From Klebsormidium nitens (Eukaryota > Plantae > Klebsormidiophyceae), in assembly GCA_000708835.1 (NCBI GenBank), contig DF237347.1:1-64000 (forward strand): a DNA stretch of 64,000 nucleotides, written 5' to 3'. A program made the position numbers and the translations under genes. The notes under the pieces are model-generated. The model saw only the letters and a program-made list of their open reading frames with translations, did not search any database and had not been told where the DNA came from. Below are positions 24,441 to 39,894 of the stretch, piece after piece. Each line of letters begins with the position of its first letter. Within the stretch, counting starts at the first letter, position 1.

Positions 24441-25535
24441 GTGGCGGAGTATGCTTCTAACGCATCAGATGACGGATGACCATTCTTGCTGGTCTTCTTT
24501 GGCAGGATTGCAACTTGCAAAGCTCTTGCCTCGGATGTCGAGGAATGTGCTTAAGTGCGGACTGTGGCATAATGTACGTGTTCTCTCAGCGCTCTCTCAC
24601 CTGACAAGGCCTTCATCTCTATTAAAAAGGACATTGACATGCGTGTGATGCGGCCATCACTAAGAATATGTACTGGCAGTGACCGCACTTGAAGGACCAG
24701 AATAGAGGTGCAGAGCTCTCGGTCACGAGTTCCGCTAAGGCGGACGATCACAGCCGCGTGTGAGTCATTTACTGTGTCTCACCTCAGCGAATTTACCGCA
24801 TGGGCTACAGACTGCATCTGTTGCTTGTTGGTACGGTGGCCGGACTCCGACGCCACATGAGATCTGATCGAACGCATGGATTGTGAAATATCAAAGCGTG
24901 GCATGTACTGATCATACTGCATGTGTTCATTGTGATCTTGACCTAGCTCCTATAAGCTGTGCATCCGGCCTGTCTTATAGAATGATACGCATCAAAATCA
25001 AGACTCTGCGTCCGTTCAATTCCGGCCACGCTCATATGACAATATGTGGGCGGTAATTAAGTGATAGATGTGCAGGCTGCCGCGGCAACCAACGAAAATT
25101 CGATATTAAGATATCGGATGAGCTCAATATAATGGAAGGAGTTGGATTCCAACCTCAGCGCGTAATCCTTTCCAAGCTGGCCCCGGAGTGGCCATGCAGA
25201 TCATGTGCAGACCTCACAAGTGCACATGTCATTGGTTCCACTGACAGCCGGACATGAACTTTGGTATACGCAGCGGCATGTATAGTCTTGAAGATCCACC
25301 AAATCTATGTTTAAAGGTCAATATGTGAATGTTTAGATCATCTCTGTACAACTAACTTGCGCGTCTTCAAAATCCTCTTTGTAACTATGAAAAAAGCCTA
25401 CTCCTGGGATGACCAATTATCCTGTCGCATCAAATCTAACAGCTCTAAGCCTGTGTTACGTCCTGCCTGCATGTTCTCTGTCCTTAAACTGGACATACCT
25501 TTTGAAAGAGCAAACGACGAAAAACGATGTACAAT

Positions 25536-27245
25536 CTATCTGCCATACCCAAAGGCCGAATTATACCTCTGTTGAACTCCACCTGTTGCTACCTCCTTAG
25601 AAGTCAGCGACTGAGCTCCTGGTGTGCTTCTTCCAAGCATCAACCGCCTCTGACGTTCTTTTTCCGCATTCTCCCGTTGCACCCGCTCTGCCCGAAGCTG
25701 TTCAATGGTTTTCTTGCCGCTCTTGGCTGGAGGTCTTTCAGCATCTGCATCCACGGATATTTAAGTAAGAACTCCACCCTACTTCAACCATTGACACTTT
25801 AGCTGCAGAAAGCTGCTTTTATCATTGCTGTAAGTTCCTCGATTTTGAAGAGCAGAAAGTCCCAGAGACGCAGTAACCGAAAAACATTCAAGCCCAGGAT
25901 GTTCTGAACCTCGGGGTGTTATTTCCGAAAAGTCGCGAGAGCGACAGGCCTCTTTTACCCAGTACATGCTCTTTGCTTTGATTGATATGCTCAACACAGG
26001 ACGACACAGACAGAAGCAAGTATGCAGTGCCTACCTTTTCGTGGTTTCTCTACTGACTTCTCTTCCCGCTTCTCTGGTGTATCTTGTTCCAGCCCTGACT
26101 TCTTCAGATACCAGGGCTTTGCCACTCCGTCAACCCCGGACACGCAGCCATACCCCAGGCGGTGCTTCGCATCTTCTGCAGCCCCTTCCGCCTCTGCCTT
26201 CAAGCTCCCCACCGCCGTCCTGCTGCCCTTCTTCACCGGCTCAGGCGGAGTCACCCCCTCAAAAAGGTTGATATGCTCTTGAGGTTGCGCTGTCTGCAGC
26301 GCATTGCTTTGGGGGGCCGCAGGTTCGGAGTTGGCGGCCAAACGGGCAGGCTCTCCCGTCAGGTTGTCCTCGTTTCGATGCCTCTTTTTCGCTTTGTCAA
26401 GCAGCTTCCTTCGACGCAGCTCTCCTTCAACCTGCCAAGGATGGCGGTGGTAAGCTTCTTAGATTAGGTGGAGAAACAATTTATGCAGATGATTGCACAG
26501 ATTTATCAGCGGTTGACTTGATCAAGGTTGGTTGACCAGATTCCGCCAAAGAAGATGGGACGTGTGCCCAAGACATCGAGCCTCTACTTTCAACTTCTCA
26601 GAAGAAGCACGCAAGGTGCTGTTGGCACTGCCAAACCTTGCGCAAACATCAGCTCTGTTCCTGCGCTGAACGTTCTTCCACTGAGGGCTATGGATGACTT
26701 GAGACGAGCCAAGTCACATGTTCTGCAACCATGCTGCGACACATGTAGCTGTCTATCAACCAGATTGCAGGTTGGCCTGAAACCAGATTAGATAGATAGG
26801 GTGTTAGCGTAGCTTCTCATACAAAAAACCCTGGTGCAATGAGATTGGAATCCTCCAAGCTTCGACTTAAATTGCCCCAATTAAACTTCTGCATGAAAAC
26901 CCTCAAGTGCCCAACATTGAAATGAGAAAGTGCAGCTGATGGGTCCTTGTCTTGAATACTTGCTACTCCACCAGATGCATATTCTCTTTGAAAAGTACAA
27001 CCTTTTCAAGAAGCCAAAAGCCTTGACTCCAGGGCTATACCAGAGAGAAGGAATACATGGCAACAGCAAATCAGATCAGACTTTTTCCGAGACCCTGTTG
27101 CATGTACCTGCAGTTGCCGGTCCCGTTGATTCTGCTCCTCTGCAGCATGCGCTTCCTCGTCACGCCTGACCTTCTCCCTCGCTTCATAGTTGTACACATG
27201 CCAACTCTTTTGAGGCAAGATGTTAAGGCCGCCGTGTCCTCCCAT
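25536..27245 (-). CDS. CIR N-terminal domain protein, LENG1-like, 3 exons
   Basis: Exons 27245-27108, 26431-26035, 25744-25536 are in phase. N-terminus MGGHGGLNILPQKSWHVYNYEAREKVRRDE; later HINLF, PWY, TIEQLRAERVQRE, RYNSAFG. Confidence 0.85.
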
Positions 27246-30108
27246 GACTTATAGGCTGTAGAACATGTCACCTTTTATGTCATTGATCCGTCTCTGCTTT
27301 CTTGTCGACCTTGTTTAGGATGAGGCACGCTTTCTCCTTTGTGCTCCAGCTTAAGAATACGAGCTGATATTGGCTCGAGCGGTGCTTGAATGAGCGCACA
27401 ACATGTGAAAGTTGTGCCAGCCGGCAGTCCAAGACTGGGGACGACGTGTTGAGTGACATTGGGAGGCGCTTTGTGCCAAGGGAAGGTTCTGAATTAGATC
27501 AGCAGCAATCAGAGGAATCTCTGGTCCTGCTTTCTCCTTTCGTCTACCCCTTCGTTGGCTCGTGCGCCCTCCTCAGGCCCGCGCCTTTCACGATGTGTAC
27601 CTGGCTAGCTAGCTCTTTCTGCGGGCCGCCTCCTGGTGCCAGCACCAACGCTATGGCTTCAGCTGGCTTCCATATCAGCGCGTCTTCCCCGACTCCACGC
27701 TGTTCAAGTGGTTGCGGAGTGGGTCTTTCAAAGTCACTGTACTCCGTCGGACGCAGCCAGGTTCTCAAATTGCCCGGCCTCTGCCATACTATCGTACAGT
27801 GTTTTCAACAAAGCTTGCTTTGGAAGGAGGCTCGAGTCAGCAGCATTGAGGGAAGTTACATGGGGCTCGGTAAGTTCGGTAACTCGAAAATCGGGCCTGC
27901 CGAGCCTGCCGAAGTTACATCGAGGCTCGGTAAGTCCGGTAAGTGCCGAAATTCGCTTGCCGAGCCTGCCGAGCGTAGCACAACCAAATCGATGTGCTTG
28001 GCTCGGTAAGTTCGGTAAGTTCAGCGGTGCGGAGGCGCTGCGCCGCGGTCGGCCGAACTGCTGGTCTGTCATCCGCACCTAGTTGCTAGCTCGTTCAGCA
28101 CAAGGCTCGGAAATGGCCCGGAAATGGATGGTAAGAAGTGGGCGACTTGGGGAGATATTTTCAAGAGAACTCTGAAGAAGGTGGCCCGTAGAAGCCTCTA
28201 GATCTGCCTTCTGGGTAGCTTCATCTTGTCTGCAAAGTGTGCACAGATGCACAGAAGCTAAGTTGGCATTGATATCACAAGCCTCAGTCGCAACTCTCTG
28301 GCCGCCATCGTAGCTAGCCAAAGGCTTTTCATTTCAGCATCAAGGACAGCAGCGGATGTAGCTTGCTGCTTGTGCATGAGCAGTCATGGGTTCACCTAAC
28401 GCTGATTTGTCAGAATGTCTGAAAGACACGCCTGACCAAGCAAAAGGTGTTGAAGGACGGAGATCTGGAGCACTTTCTGACCTCAGATCTGACCACTCAA
28501 AGAAAAGAAAGTCGCATCGGAGCTCTTCAAAGAGAGGCAAGAAGAAGAGCAGGCACAGTGACTCCAGCTACAAATACAAGAAGAGGTCTTCTGATCCGTC
28601 CAGGAAAGGAAAGAGCAAAAGAGGAAAAAGGCAGAAAAGAGAGCGTGATGCTAGCTCCAGCAGCGATGGCTCCGGTAGAGGTGCTATAAGTGACTCAGAA
28701 AGTGGGTCGGATAGTTTCACATCTTCAGATACGAGTGGTGACAGCTCAGACAGCGATCCAGAAGGTAAGTTCAAAGATCCTATTCCTTTGAGATTCTTAC
28801 AAAGATTTTTCTGCCTAGTGGGGCTGCAATGTCCCTGCAATGCTGTGGAAGGTCAAAGGACATATTGTCGTGTTGCAGACTTTGACAATTGACATGCCAA
28901 AGGCAAATCTTCTTGACACTTTATGAATCTTCTTTCCCCCTTCTTTCTGACCTGCTCACATGAGTGTAGTGAAGCAATATAATAAAGCAAGCGTTCAATC
29001 TCAGACCTATATCGAAACTGAAGCAAATCTTCATAGTAGAACTATTTAGTAGCACTATTCCTAAACCAGACTGCCTGTCACCTTTCTGCAGTGAACAGCC
29101 CACTCCAGAAGCGGCTCTTCAAAAAGGACAGCTCTAGAGCCGCTCTGTCGTCAGCTGCAGCAGCCAGCACGGTGGCAGCGCCAGCTGCTGAACCACCTGA
29201 AACAAACCAGGCTTTGAAGGAATCAAAAGGCAAAGCTGATAAGAAACTGAAGGATGATTCGAAGAAGGATCGCTTCGTTTGGACAATCGAGGAAGATAAG
29301 GTGTACTCGCAGTATCTCCACGAGCAGATTCGGCAGAACAATACCTCTCTCCCATATACGGCATCTTCTCCCTTCTTTGAACGAGCTGTGGTAGATCTCC
29401 TCCAGGATAGTGTCCTGGCAGCAAAGCTCAAGGCTTATGAGGAAGCGTGCCCACATGGCAAAGATAGAGTGAAGTGGGTGGCCCAAAAGCTCGGAGACAA
29501 ATACAAGTCGTATGAGAGAAGGTTCAAGGTAGGTCATCTGTTTGCTGTATCTTCAGGGGCTGGACTTCATGAGCTGTTTGCTTGATGGCCTCAGTTTTAT
29601 CAGGAAAAACTCGCACTACATGCTGTTAGCGAAGCAAATCACTTGCGGACAGCATTCAGCAGAATTTAGTGGGGTTAAAAACACCTGTTTGCCCAATTCG
29701 TTGAAGTCTGCAAGATTGCTTCGGCTTGGAATAATCTTCTAGCTTTGCGTGATGGTACAGAGCTCAGATCAGGCTTGCTGATAACTCTATTTACATGCGC
29801 AGGCATTGGAGGCCAAATTGAACAAGTCAGGGAACGGTGTCGGATTTGAGGACGAAGACGACTTGTGTGAAAAAGAGGGACCAGAGGTGAGCGCTTTGCT
29901 TGCTTTCTAGTGTCTTGTGTGGTACAACCAAGTTCTTGATGCAAGGTCTTGATGAGAGGAGGCTCACAGGTTGATGTTTGAGCATGAAACGGGAGGTTGA
30001 ATCGAAGTTGATTCAATTTTCAGCTGACCAACTTCTCAGAAGGAAAGGAGAGGGCTCTGTACATAATTGCCCACGTCTAGAATCTGCTTTTCGTATGCGG
30101 CCATGTCA

Positions 30109-31090
30109 CACTACATTGACCATCCCGTTGTCAAAAAGCGCACTTTAACTAGGTACATTTCGGGGTCCCGAACTTTCCGCTGGCTGGGGCTGGCACCGTC
30201 CGATGAGTGCCACGTATAGGGACCGAGTCCAAGTCTGTCAGAATTGCACTTNNNNNNNNNNNNNNNNNNNNNNNNNNNNNNNNNNNNNNNNNNNNNNNNN
30301 NNNNNNNNNNNNNNNNNNNNNNNNNNNNNNNNNNNNNNNNNNNNNNNNNNNNNNNNNNNNNNNNNNNNNNNNNNNNNNNNNNNNNNNNNNNNNNNNNNNN
30401 NNNNNNNNNNNNNNNNNNNNNNNNNNNNNNNNNNNNNNNNNNNNNNNNNNNNNNNNNNNNNNNNNNNNNNNNNNNNNNNNNNNNNNNNNNNNNNNNNNNN
30501 NNNNNNNNNNNNNNNNNNNNNNNNNNNNNNNNNNNNNNNNNNNNNNNNNNNNNNNNNNNNNNNNNNNNNNNNNNNNNNNNNNNNNNNNNNNNNNNNNNNN
30601 NNNNNNNNNNNNNNNNNNNNNNNNNNNNNNNNNNNNNNNNNNNNNNNNNNNNNNNNNNNNNNNNNNNNNNNNNNNNNNNNNNNNNNNNNNNNNNNNNNNN
30701 NNNNNNNNNNNNNNNNNNNNNNNNNNNNNNNNNNNNNNNNNNNNNNNNNNNNNNNNNNNNNNNNNNNNNNNNNNNNNNNNNNNNNNNNNNNNNNNNNNNN
30801 NNNNNNNNNNNNNNNNNNNNTACCTAGGCTAGTAGTACCATAAAAGTCACCGGGCAGCTGAATTGGCTGTGTCTGCAGGCGATGTTACGCTGAATTAGTG
30901 ACCGGGGACTCACAGCCTGACGGGACCGGCGGTCCTATGCCAACCCACGTGGTATATGTACCACCCCTGTTTCATTGGCCAGTTCAATTCCGTACATTTG
31001 ACGTGGCCCCGCTGGATGAACAGCCCCGTATCTTGCGGGCCCCGGGCAAATCGTAGTGCGCTTTTTGACAACCGGCCGGACAATGTAGTG
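30109..31090. mobile_element. Non-autonomous CACTA/EnSpm element nested in the Harbinger
   Basis: Starts CACTACA and ends TGTAGTG; 36-bp TIRs (30109-30144, 31055-31090) with 32/36 identity; 3-bp TSD TCA at 30106-30108 and 31091-31093. The interior includes the N gap. Confidence 0.9.
30252..30820. other. Assembly gap (569 N)
   Basis: Run of N; track ORFs spanning it are artefacts. Confidence 1.
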
Positions 31091-32903
31091 TCATGCTCGA
31101 CCTGCAACCCCTTGCGCGCGCGCCTGCCAGTTATTCCTTCTTCGTCATCGTGAGTCTTTTTGGAGCCAAGACTCATTGGCAGAATCTGTTCTGGACATGT
31201 AGCTTTGCTGACCGGTCTTGGTTCGTTTTGCAGCTCGATAACCAGAGCACCCCGGCCTCTGCAACGGAAGGAACTGCAGAAGCCCTTGAAGCTGAGCCGT
31301 CCGCCTCTGCCAAACCCAAACCCCGGAACAAGTCCACGAACTGGCCTTTCAAAAGTGCTGAAGAGAGAAGATTGTACGAAGAGTACTGGCTTGATCTCTG
31401 GGGTGCTACGGCCGCCGTCATTCAGCCCAACCGGAAGAACGCGCGAGCTGAAGCGAGCAGTGCGAAAGGCAAAGCTGCGGCTGCGGGAGGCACTGCAGAG
31501 GGGTCTGCAGATGTGTCCGGGGCAGAGCGAACGACAAGAGACACCGATGATGCTAGAGGGATCAAGAAAGCGGGCAAGGCAGCGGGGGGCCGTTGGAGGA
31601 ACTCGAAGGAAGAAGAGGAGGACAGCGGGGACGACGAGGACGGCCCTGGGCTGTTCTCATTCATGCGTTGGCAAAAGAACTTCCAAGAAGAAGGTACGTA
31701 TGTCTGAAGTTCAATCGGACTCAGGTCGTCCTTCAAAGCAGGTCCTCAATCTCCGTTCTCTAGCTCCAGGGACTCGAAGCAGGATTGCTGAGCTTGACAT
31801 GCGGATTGATTGCTTCACGTCCTCCTTGTCGAGCTTGACATGCAGGTTAGCTTACTTCGCATCCTCTTTGTCTGCTTGGCCATTGAAGCGTGACTTGCCT
31901 TTTGCGAAGTTCCGACGGCTGCATTCCGAGGGCCTTGTGGCTTCTCAACGTGGTTTTGATGTCATCCGGTTGTCCTCTTATCAGGCCTTCGACGAAGAGC
32001 GGAAGCGGAAGGAGCGAGCGCTCGACTTCTTGAGAAGGCCGTGAGCGCAACCCAGGATCTCGGCCACACGATCAAGACGGCAACGGCTCAAGGGAACGCG
32101 CTGCAAATCATGACGCTCGCAAGTTTGACAGGCCGTTCGCCGCAAGAGATGGCACTTAGCATGTCCGATCTGTCCTCTTTATTTATGGGACAGTTTAATC
32201 ATCAGGATCCGACGAGAGGTGCTCCCTCTGCTCAACAACCCCAGGGGCCCGCAAATGATACGAATTAGGAGAAATGGACGCTCGGACTTCATCAAATTTC
32301 GTCAATAACGTTATTCCTCGATGCATGCCATATAGCTTTGTGAACTTGAAGCAACATCTAAATGCCATTAGACCTTTGATTCGTGAGCCTGAAAGCTTGT
32401 TTTGTTGCTTCAAAATTCGGGATCGACAGCATGTTCGCCTTTCTATTCGCGGGTGCAAGAAGATGCATGCCGCATGGCATCATGGCCGGCCGGCCGGGCA
32501 AAACCATTCGAGGCCATGTCGAACTTCGGAACCGTGCCACATGAAAGCTCATGGTTCTAGTATTTAGTTTGCAGGCATGGATTATGTAAATCAACGAGAT
32601 AATCGCTCTCGGTCATGGATGGCCAATGAATATAGCTTTGCACTACGTTTCATTGCAGCCAATCGTATTTGATGACAGGTACTAGTCTACAAATCATGAG
32701 CGATTTTGAATGATGTCTTCTTTTATACGCCGTAGATGATGCATGATCGAATCCGGTAGATGGCGGCGCTTTTGGTGACAACGGTTTCCATGTGCATGGC
32801 GGCGCTTTTGGCGGCAACAATTCACGAATCACGATGCTATACAATCTATCTTGGATATCTTATTGTAAACAAGAAATTTCATACACTCGGTTGGGTTCCT
32901 GAT

Positions 32904-34917
32904 TCATACAACTTCGTTGGTTGCTAAGGCGGCTTCCCAAGCATCCCTTTCTAGTTTCAAACGTGGCAGATCTGCAGCTAGACGGTCTCTATTTGCCTTG
33001 AGGGCCTCTGAGAAGTTTATCGGACAGTAGTAGGCTTCTCCTTGATAGTAAACCCGATTAGCGAGGCGCTCAAGCGCTTCTCGGTCACTGCGGCTTTCCC
33101 TATACGATTCGCCTTGCTTCTCGCAGATGTTGTGTAATAGACAGCAAGCTAGAGTTACAGTAACAACGTTGTCTCGATTGCGCATAGGAACTTTGTCAAG
33201 CAAAATCCGCCATCTTCCCTTCAAACGCCCAAAAGCCCTCTCAATAACAACTCGCATTCGGGACAGCTCCTTGTTAAATACCTCTTGTGTCCTAGACAGT
33301 CTCCCTTTATAAGGTGAAAGCATCCACTGCTTCAGGCCGTAGGCAGGATCGCCCAGAATAAAGTAGTTGGCCATATGCTTTGCTGCAAAAGAAACATGGA
33401 AGAAACACGTCAGATCTAAGTTTCGTGAACTCAACAATCATATTGCTGTCGACAAAACACACGTACAGTGAGCTACACACTTAGACTCATGAAAAGCCTG
33501 AAACGCACTCGCAATTCAGGGACAGTACAGCTCGGAGAGAAGTCGCTACAAGAGGTCGTGAGAAAGGCTGTATAAGAAGACGTGGTCAACATCGACAGGT
33601 TTTGAACTTCACAATCTCTTTCTAAGAGAAAACTTTTGTTGCATGGTTGACGGAGGATGGTACTACATCTGGATAGGATCTCGAATCAAACACGAAAGCC
33701 TGGATAGCAAAACCAATGGCAAGGCCGCATCACCTTCAGCCCAATGATGAAGATCACTTGAATGCAGGATCGCCGAGTCGTGAGTTCGAGAAGGTGTCCC
33801 CATGTCCAAGTCCCAAAATATCATGTGTGCATCACACACAGCCTGCAACGTCATAGCATGCCTCTTCTTCCGGTTGTAGAACCACCTGCAGCGACGCCGG
33901 AGTTTATGAGACGCTACAAGAACAGTAGAACTCACAGCCGCCCCCGCAAGAGTGAAACTTTTTAGTTGCCAGCTCTGATTGTTCTTGTCAACACGTAAAG
34001 AGAGTGTGATCTGTGCCGCTTTGAGCAGCGTGCTAACCACTGTAATCCAGTCCCCAGTTCTGTGCAAGGTAGCAACTGATTAGCTTCCACGTTTGAACAC
34101 TGTCTTGAATTACACTATGATTCTGCTTCGAGAAGAGTCTTTGAAGAAAACCTTACCTTTCATCTCCATCACTTGGCTTGGTTATGTAGATGTAGCTTCC
34201 GTCCACTGCACCAACTACACCAGGCAACGCTCCCTTAAACCTGAAACCTCTGGCCATCTCTTCGAGTTTCTCTACGCCTGGCCATTGGAGAAAGTCGTCG
34301 CCAAACTGTCTGATAATTGCTTTACAGACGGGCAGGACCGACTTTGTGATGTAGGCTGTTGAAAGACTGAATTGCGAAGCGAGGGTAATGAAAGCCTCTC
34401 CTCGCGCCAACCTCCAGATAACAGCAAGAACTTTGTATTGAAAAGGGATAGGCTGATTAGGTCCTGGATTGAGTTCAAAAGCCTGGCTGTAGAGTTGTGG
34501 TTTGATTCTATCGAGGATAATCTGAAAGGTTGCTTTAGATATTCTGTAATGCCGCTGGAAGCGGTGGTCAGACATGCTGTACATGGTCTTGTACCAAACT
34601 GCTGCACTCCAGTGTCCTGTTTCTGGATCCCTCCAGGGACGGCCGCGCTTGCCACCTGTGAAGTTGTAGTTACGCCTTCCGCGGCTTCTCTGTTGTCGTC
34701 TTTCAGCTTCCATCAGCATACACAGCTCTAAGGCTGCTTGTTCGCATTCAAATTCTTCCTGTCTCCTTTCACGTTCTAGCATTGTTTGATGGAGCAGAAC
34801 TTGCAAGTTCTGCGCCTGTACAATGGCAGCGCAAAGCTGGACATTTTGATTCAACAGGGCAAATGAGAGCGTAAGGAAAGCGAGCAGCCACTGCTGGACG
34901 CCAGGCGGTTGCGCCAT
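32904..34917 (-). CDS. Harbinger/HARBI1-type DDE transposase, 3 exons, 463 aa
   Basis: Exons 34917-34157, 33885-33734, 33382-32904 (1392 nt, in frame). Motifs FQRHYRISKATF, PGVVGAVDGSYI, FYNRK..H...LQAVCD, RTHDS, FILGDPAY, RVVIERAFGRLKGRWRIL, ACCLLHN. The second donor (GTGATG) is the least certain boundary. Confidence 0.88.
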
Positions 34918-36046
34918 GCTGCAATACTCAATCTGATGTATGGAAATGCTGGCCGAGACTCTCTGCGTTGAAGCCCCTGGCCCTGGGCTCTGCGGCTCTG
35001 CCAAGTAGGGATCAGATCTGAGATCTGAGATCTGCGTGGCCGGCCGGGCGCCGCGCTGCGTGGCCGGGCTCCAGGTTCAGGCTTTCTAGGGTTTGGCCCG
35101 GCCCGGCCGCGAACATCGCCGCGCCCCTCGATTGCCGAGCTCCATGTAACTTATAGCCTATTTTCGGTAAGTTCGGTACGCTCGGCAAGTCCGGTAGACT
35201 CCCGGTAAAGTTGCCCCAGGCGGTACTTACCGGACTTACCGAAACCTTCATGTAACTTCTCTCATTGCACCAACGATTGAGGCAAGCAAAGCTGGTGCCA
35301 GCAGAAGGCCTGTAGCCTTAGGAGGCGCTCAAGAGAGAAGTCACTCAGGTAAATTTCTTGTCTCATTGGAATAACACAACACGTTTGGAGGGGTTGCAAG
35401 CCGTCTGATTAGACGAAGTGCTGGCTCGCTAATCTAGAAGGTTGTGTTCTAAAATCCGATCTGTGAAGGAAACGCTGCGAAGCTTGTTGGCAACCCGCCG
35501 CTGTGCAAAATCAGTCCACACTTGGTCATATCGCCTCTCAAAATGTGGAGGCTTCTTGTGAAACACTCGGCTGAGGCTGTGACAAGAGTCGCCACCTCGC
35601 CGGCGCAGCTTCCGTGCAACCGCACCTTGTCGTCTCTGGTCCCCATCGTCCAGGACCGCATTGTGACAGCAATAAGCGCAGCATCCCCGTACCACTCTGA
35701 TGGGGTGAGTTTGCAAATTGTGTTTACAATGAAGCAAAGCATATGACCGTTCGTCATACCAAAAGAATCATGGCTTGCGCCTAAAGCCTCTGTAATCTGG
35801 ATCAGAAGGTGTTGTTGTCCTTGTATTAATGTGAGCCAAGATCAATACCTTGATATTCATCAGGTTGTGCAGGATGTATGACATATGCCCTACTGGATTG
35901 ACTGGTCAGCTTCCATGATCAAAGCATTTTCCAGTCGGATCCATCTATGAGGGAAAAAGAGCTTGTGCACCTTTGGTTCTGTCGGGCATCGTGCTGCACA
36001 AATTTGCCGCCTGGTTACTGCCTTTTCACCAACTTGATCATGGCAG

Positions 36047-38647
<2,601 letters not shown>

Positions 38648-39894
38648 TACTGTTGTTCTCGTTTCTATATTCAACGTGAGCGCCAGGCACAAGCAGGCCG
38701 TTGAAGTCCAAACGAAGCTCGACGTTTCTCGAAAGCGGGCTCCTGGTCAATCCAGATTGCTGAGCGCTAGTCCTCGCAGAGTGGACTCCACTGAGTCGTG
38801 ACCGACAATGAAACAAAAGATGTACCGCAGAAGCGATGGTCGCCGCTCACCCTCTTCAAGTCCTTGCTTGTCGTTCAGAATGCACTGCAGAACCTGATGA
38901 TGGCGGCACGCGACCTAGGTGCAGTCAATTGCGTGACCGGCTAATCTACATATTCGAGCTGCACATGCATGAGCGCCTCTATATAAACAAGAATCTTTGG
39001 TGAGATTGGGATGGTGAGATCTACTATATCTTCAAATTCTCGCATGCACCCCGGGGCTTTGATATGCAGTATATACAGCACGAACGATAATGTTATAGAT
39101 TTGCGTATGCATCCTCGCATGGAGCTCGAATCACTGTCATCAGTCCCTTGATTACCACGTCGGCTGCTCTAGGGGCCCTAGGTGGGCCGTCATGCATGTA
39201 AAATGCACTTGCGGTATGGATCGACATGCAAAGAAATGAAAACACAGACCACCATGGGACTATAGAATGATCTATTCTATCTAGGCATCAAGTGGCATGT
39301 TTTCAGTTTTACATGAAGTTCCACGAGCTCCGGCTAGCCAGTAACAACGTAAAACGAAACATGCAGTGTTGGCCAAATTCGAGCAACTGTATACATTCCC
39401 GATCGATCAACAATCGATATCTTCATTCTTAGTTTGAACAGGCTCGAAGCCAAATCCATGCGTGTGGAACTATAGCATCTCGACTCTAATTCAAAAGCAT
39501 CATGACGGCACGTTCTAGCATGCCAGCAATTTTTAAGACAAGTTGCACCATTTATTAGTTAGCCACCATGCATGGCATTGCGTAAGCCCTCGCTAACAAT
39601 AAGACTGAGCTTTTGGCCGCAAGCTTTATTGTGTATAATTCCATGTATAGCAATCAGAGCTATGCTATTGCAAGCTTGTGTTTGCATCGAGGAATATCCA
39701 TCTCCACAGTTTTTCGAAATGTGGCTGCACATGATACGTTATGCAGATTCACTATACCAAGCGTGTGAGACCAATTGTCCCAGCGAGACTGGGTGCTTCG
39801 CAAACAGGCTTCTCCAGAGCCTACCACCAAATCTTGTTTGTAGGCAGGTTTGTTTCATCACTCTCTTGAGCTCTCGCTTCCTAGATTATCAAAA

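Larger units (their letters stand above)
28386..32268 (+). pseudogene. Harbinger second gene (Myb/SANT-like DNA-binding protein), spliced, interrupted by the CACTA insertion
   Basis: Exons 28386-28764, 29092-29528 (FVWTIEEDK...KWVAQKLGDKYKSYERRFK), 29803-29886, [30024 or 30081]-30108 joined to 31094-31149 across the CACTA, 31234-31693, 31985-32268. Phases are consistent once the CACTA and one TSD are removed. Confidence 0.7.
27848..35263. mobile_element. PIF/Harbinger-superfamily DNA transposon, 7416 bp including a gap and a nested CACTA
   Basis: TIR GAG(G/A)GAAGTTACATG at both ends; 3-bp TSD ATT at 27845-27847 and 35264-35266; subterminal TCGGTAAGT(T/C)CGGTA repeats at both ends; two convergent internal genes (DDE transposase and Myb/SANT-like). 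Confidence 0.92.

Noticed and set aside
30203-30843. Three ~200-aa ORFs in the track
   Set aside because: They consist of X translated from the N gap.
35429-35757. Minus-strand ORF with TASAECFTRS, faintly like an hAT dimerisation motif, and a possible gene split by the Harbinger
   Set aside because: Too few matching residues; joining the flanks across the empty site gave no convincing continuous ORF.
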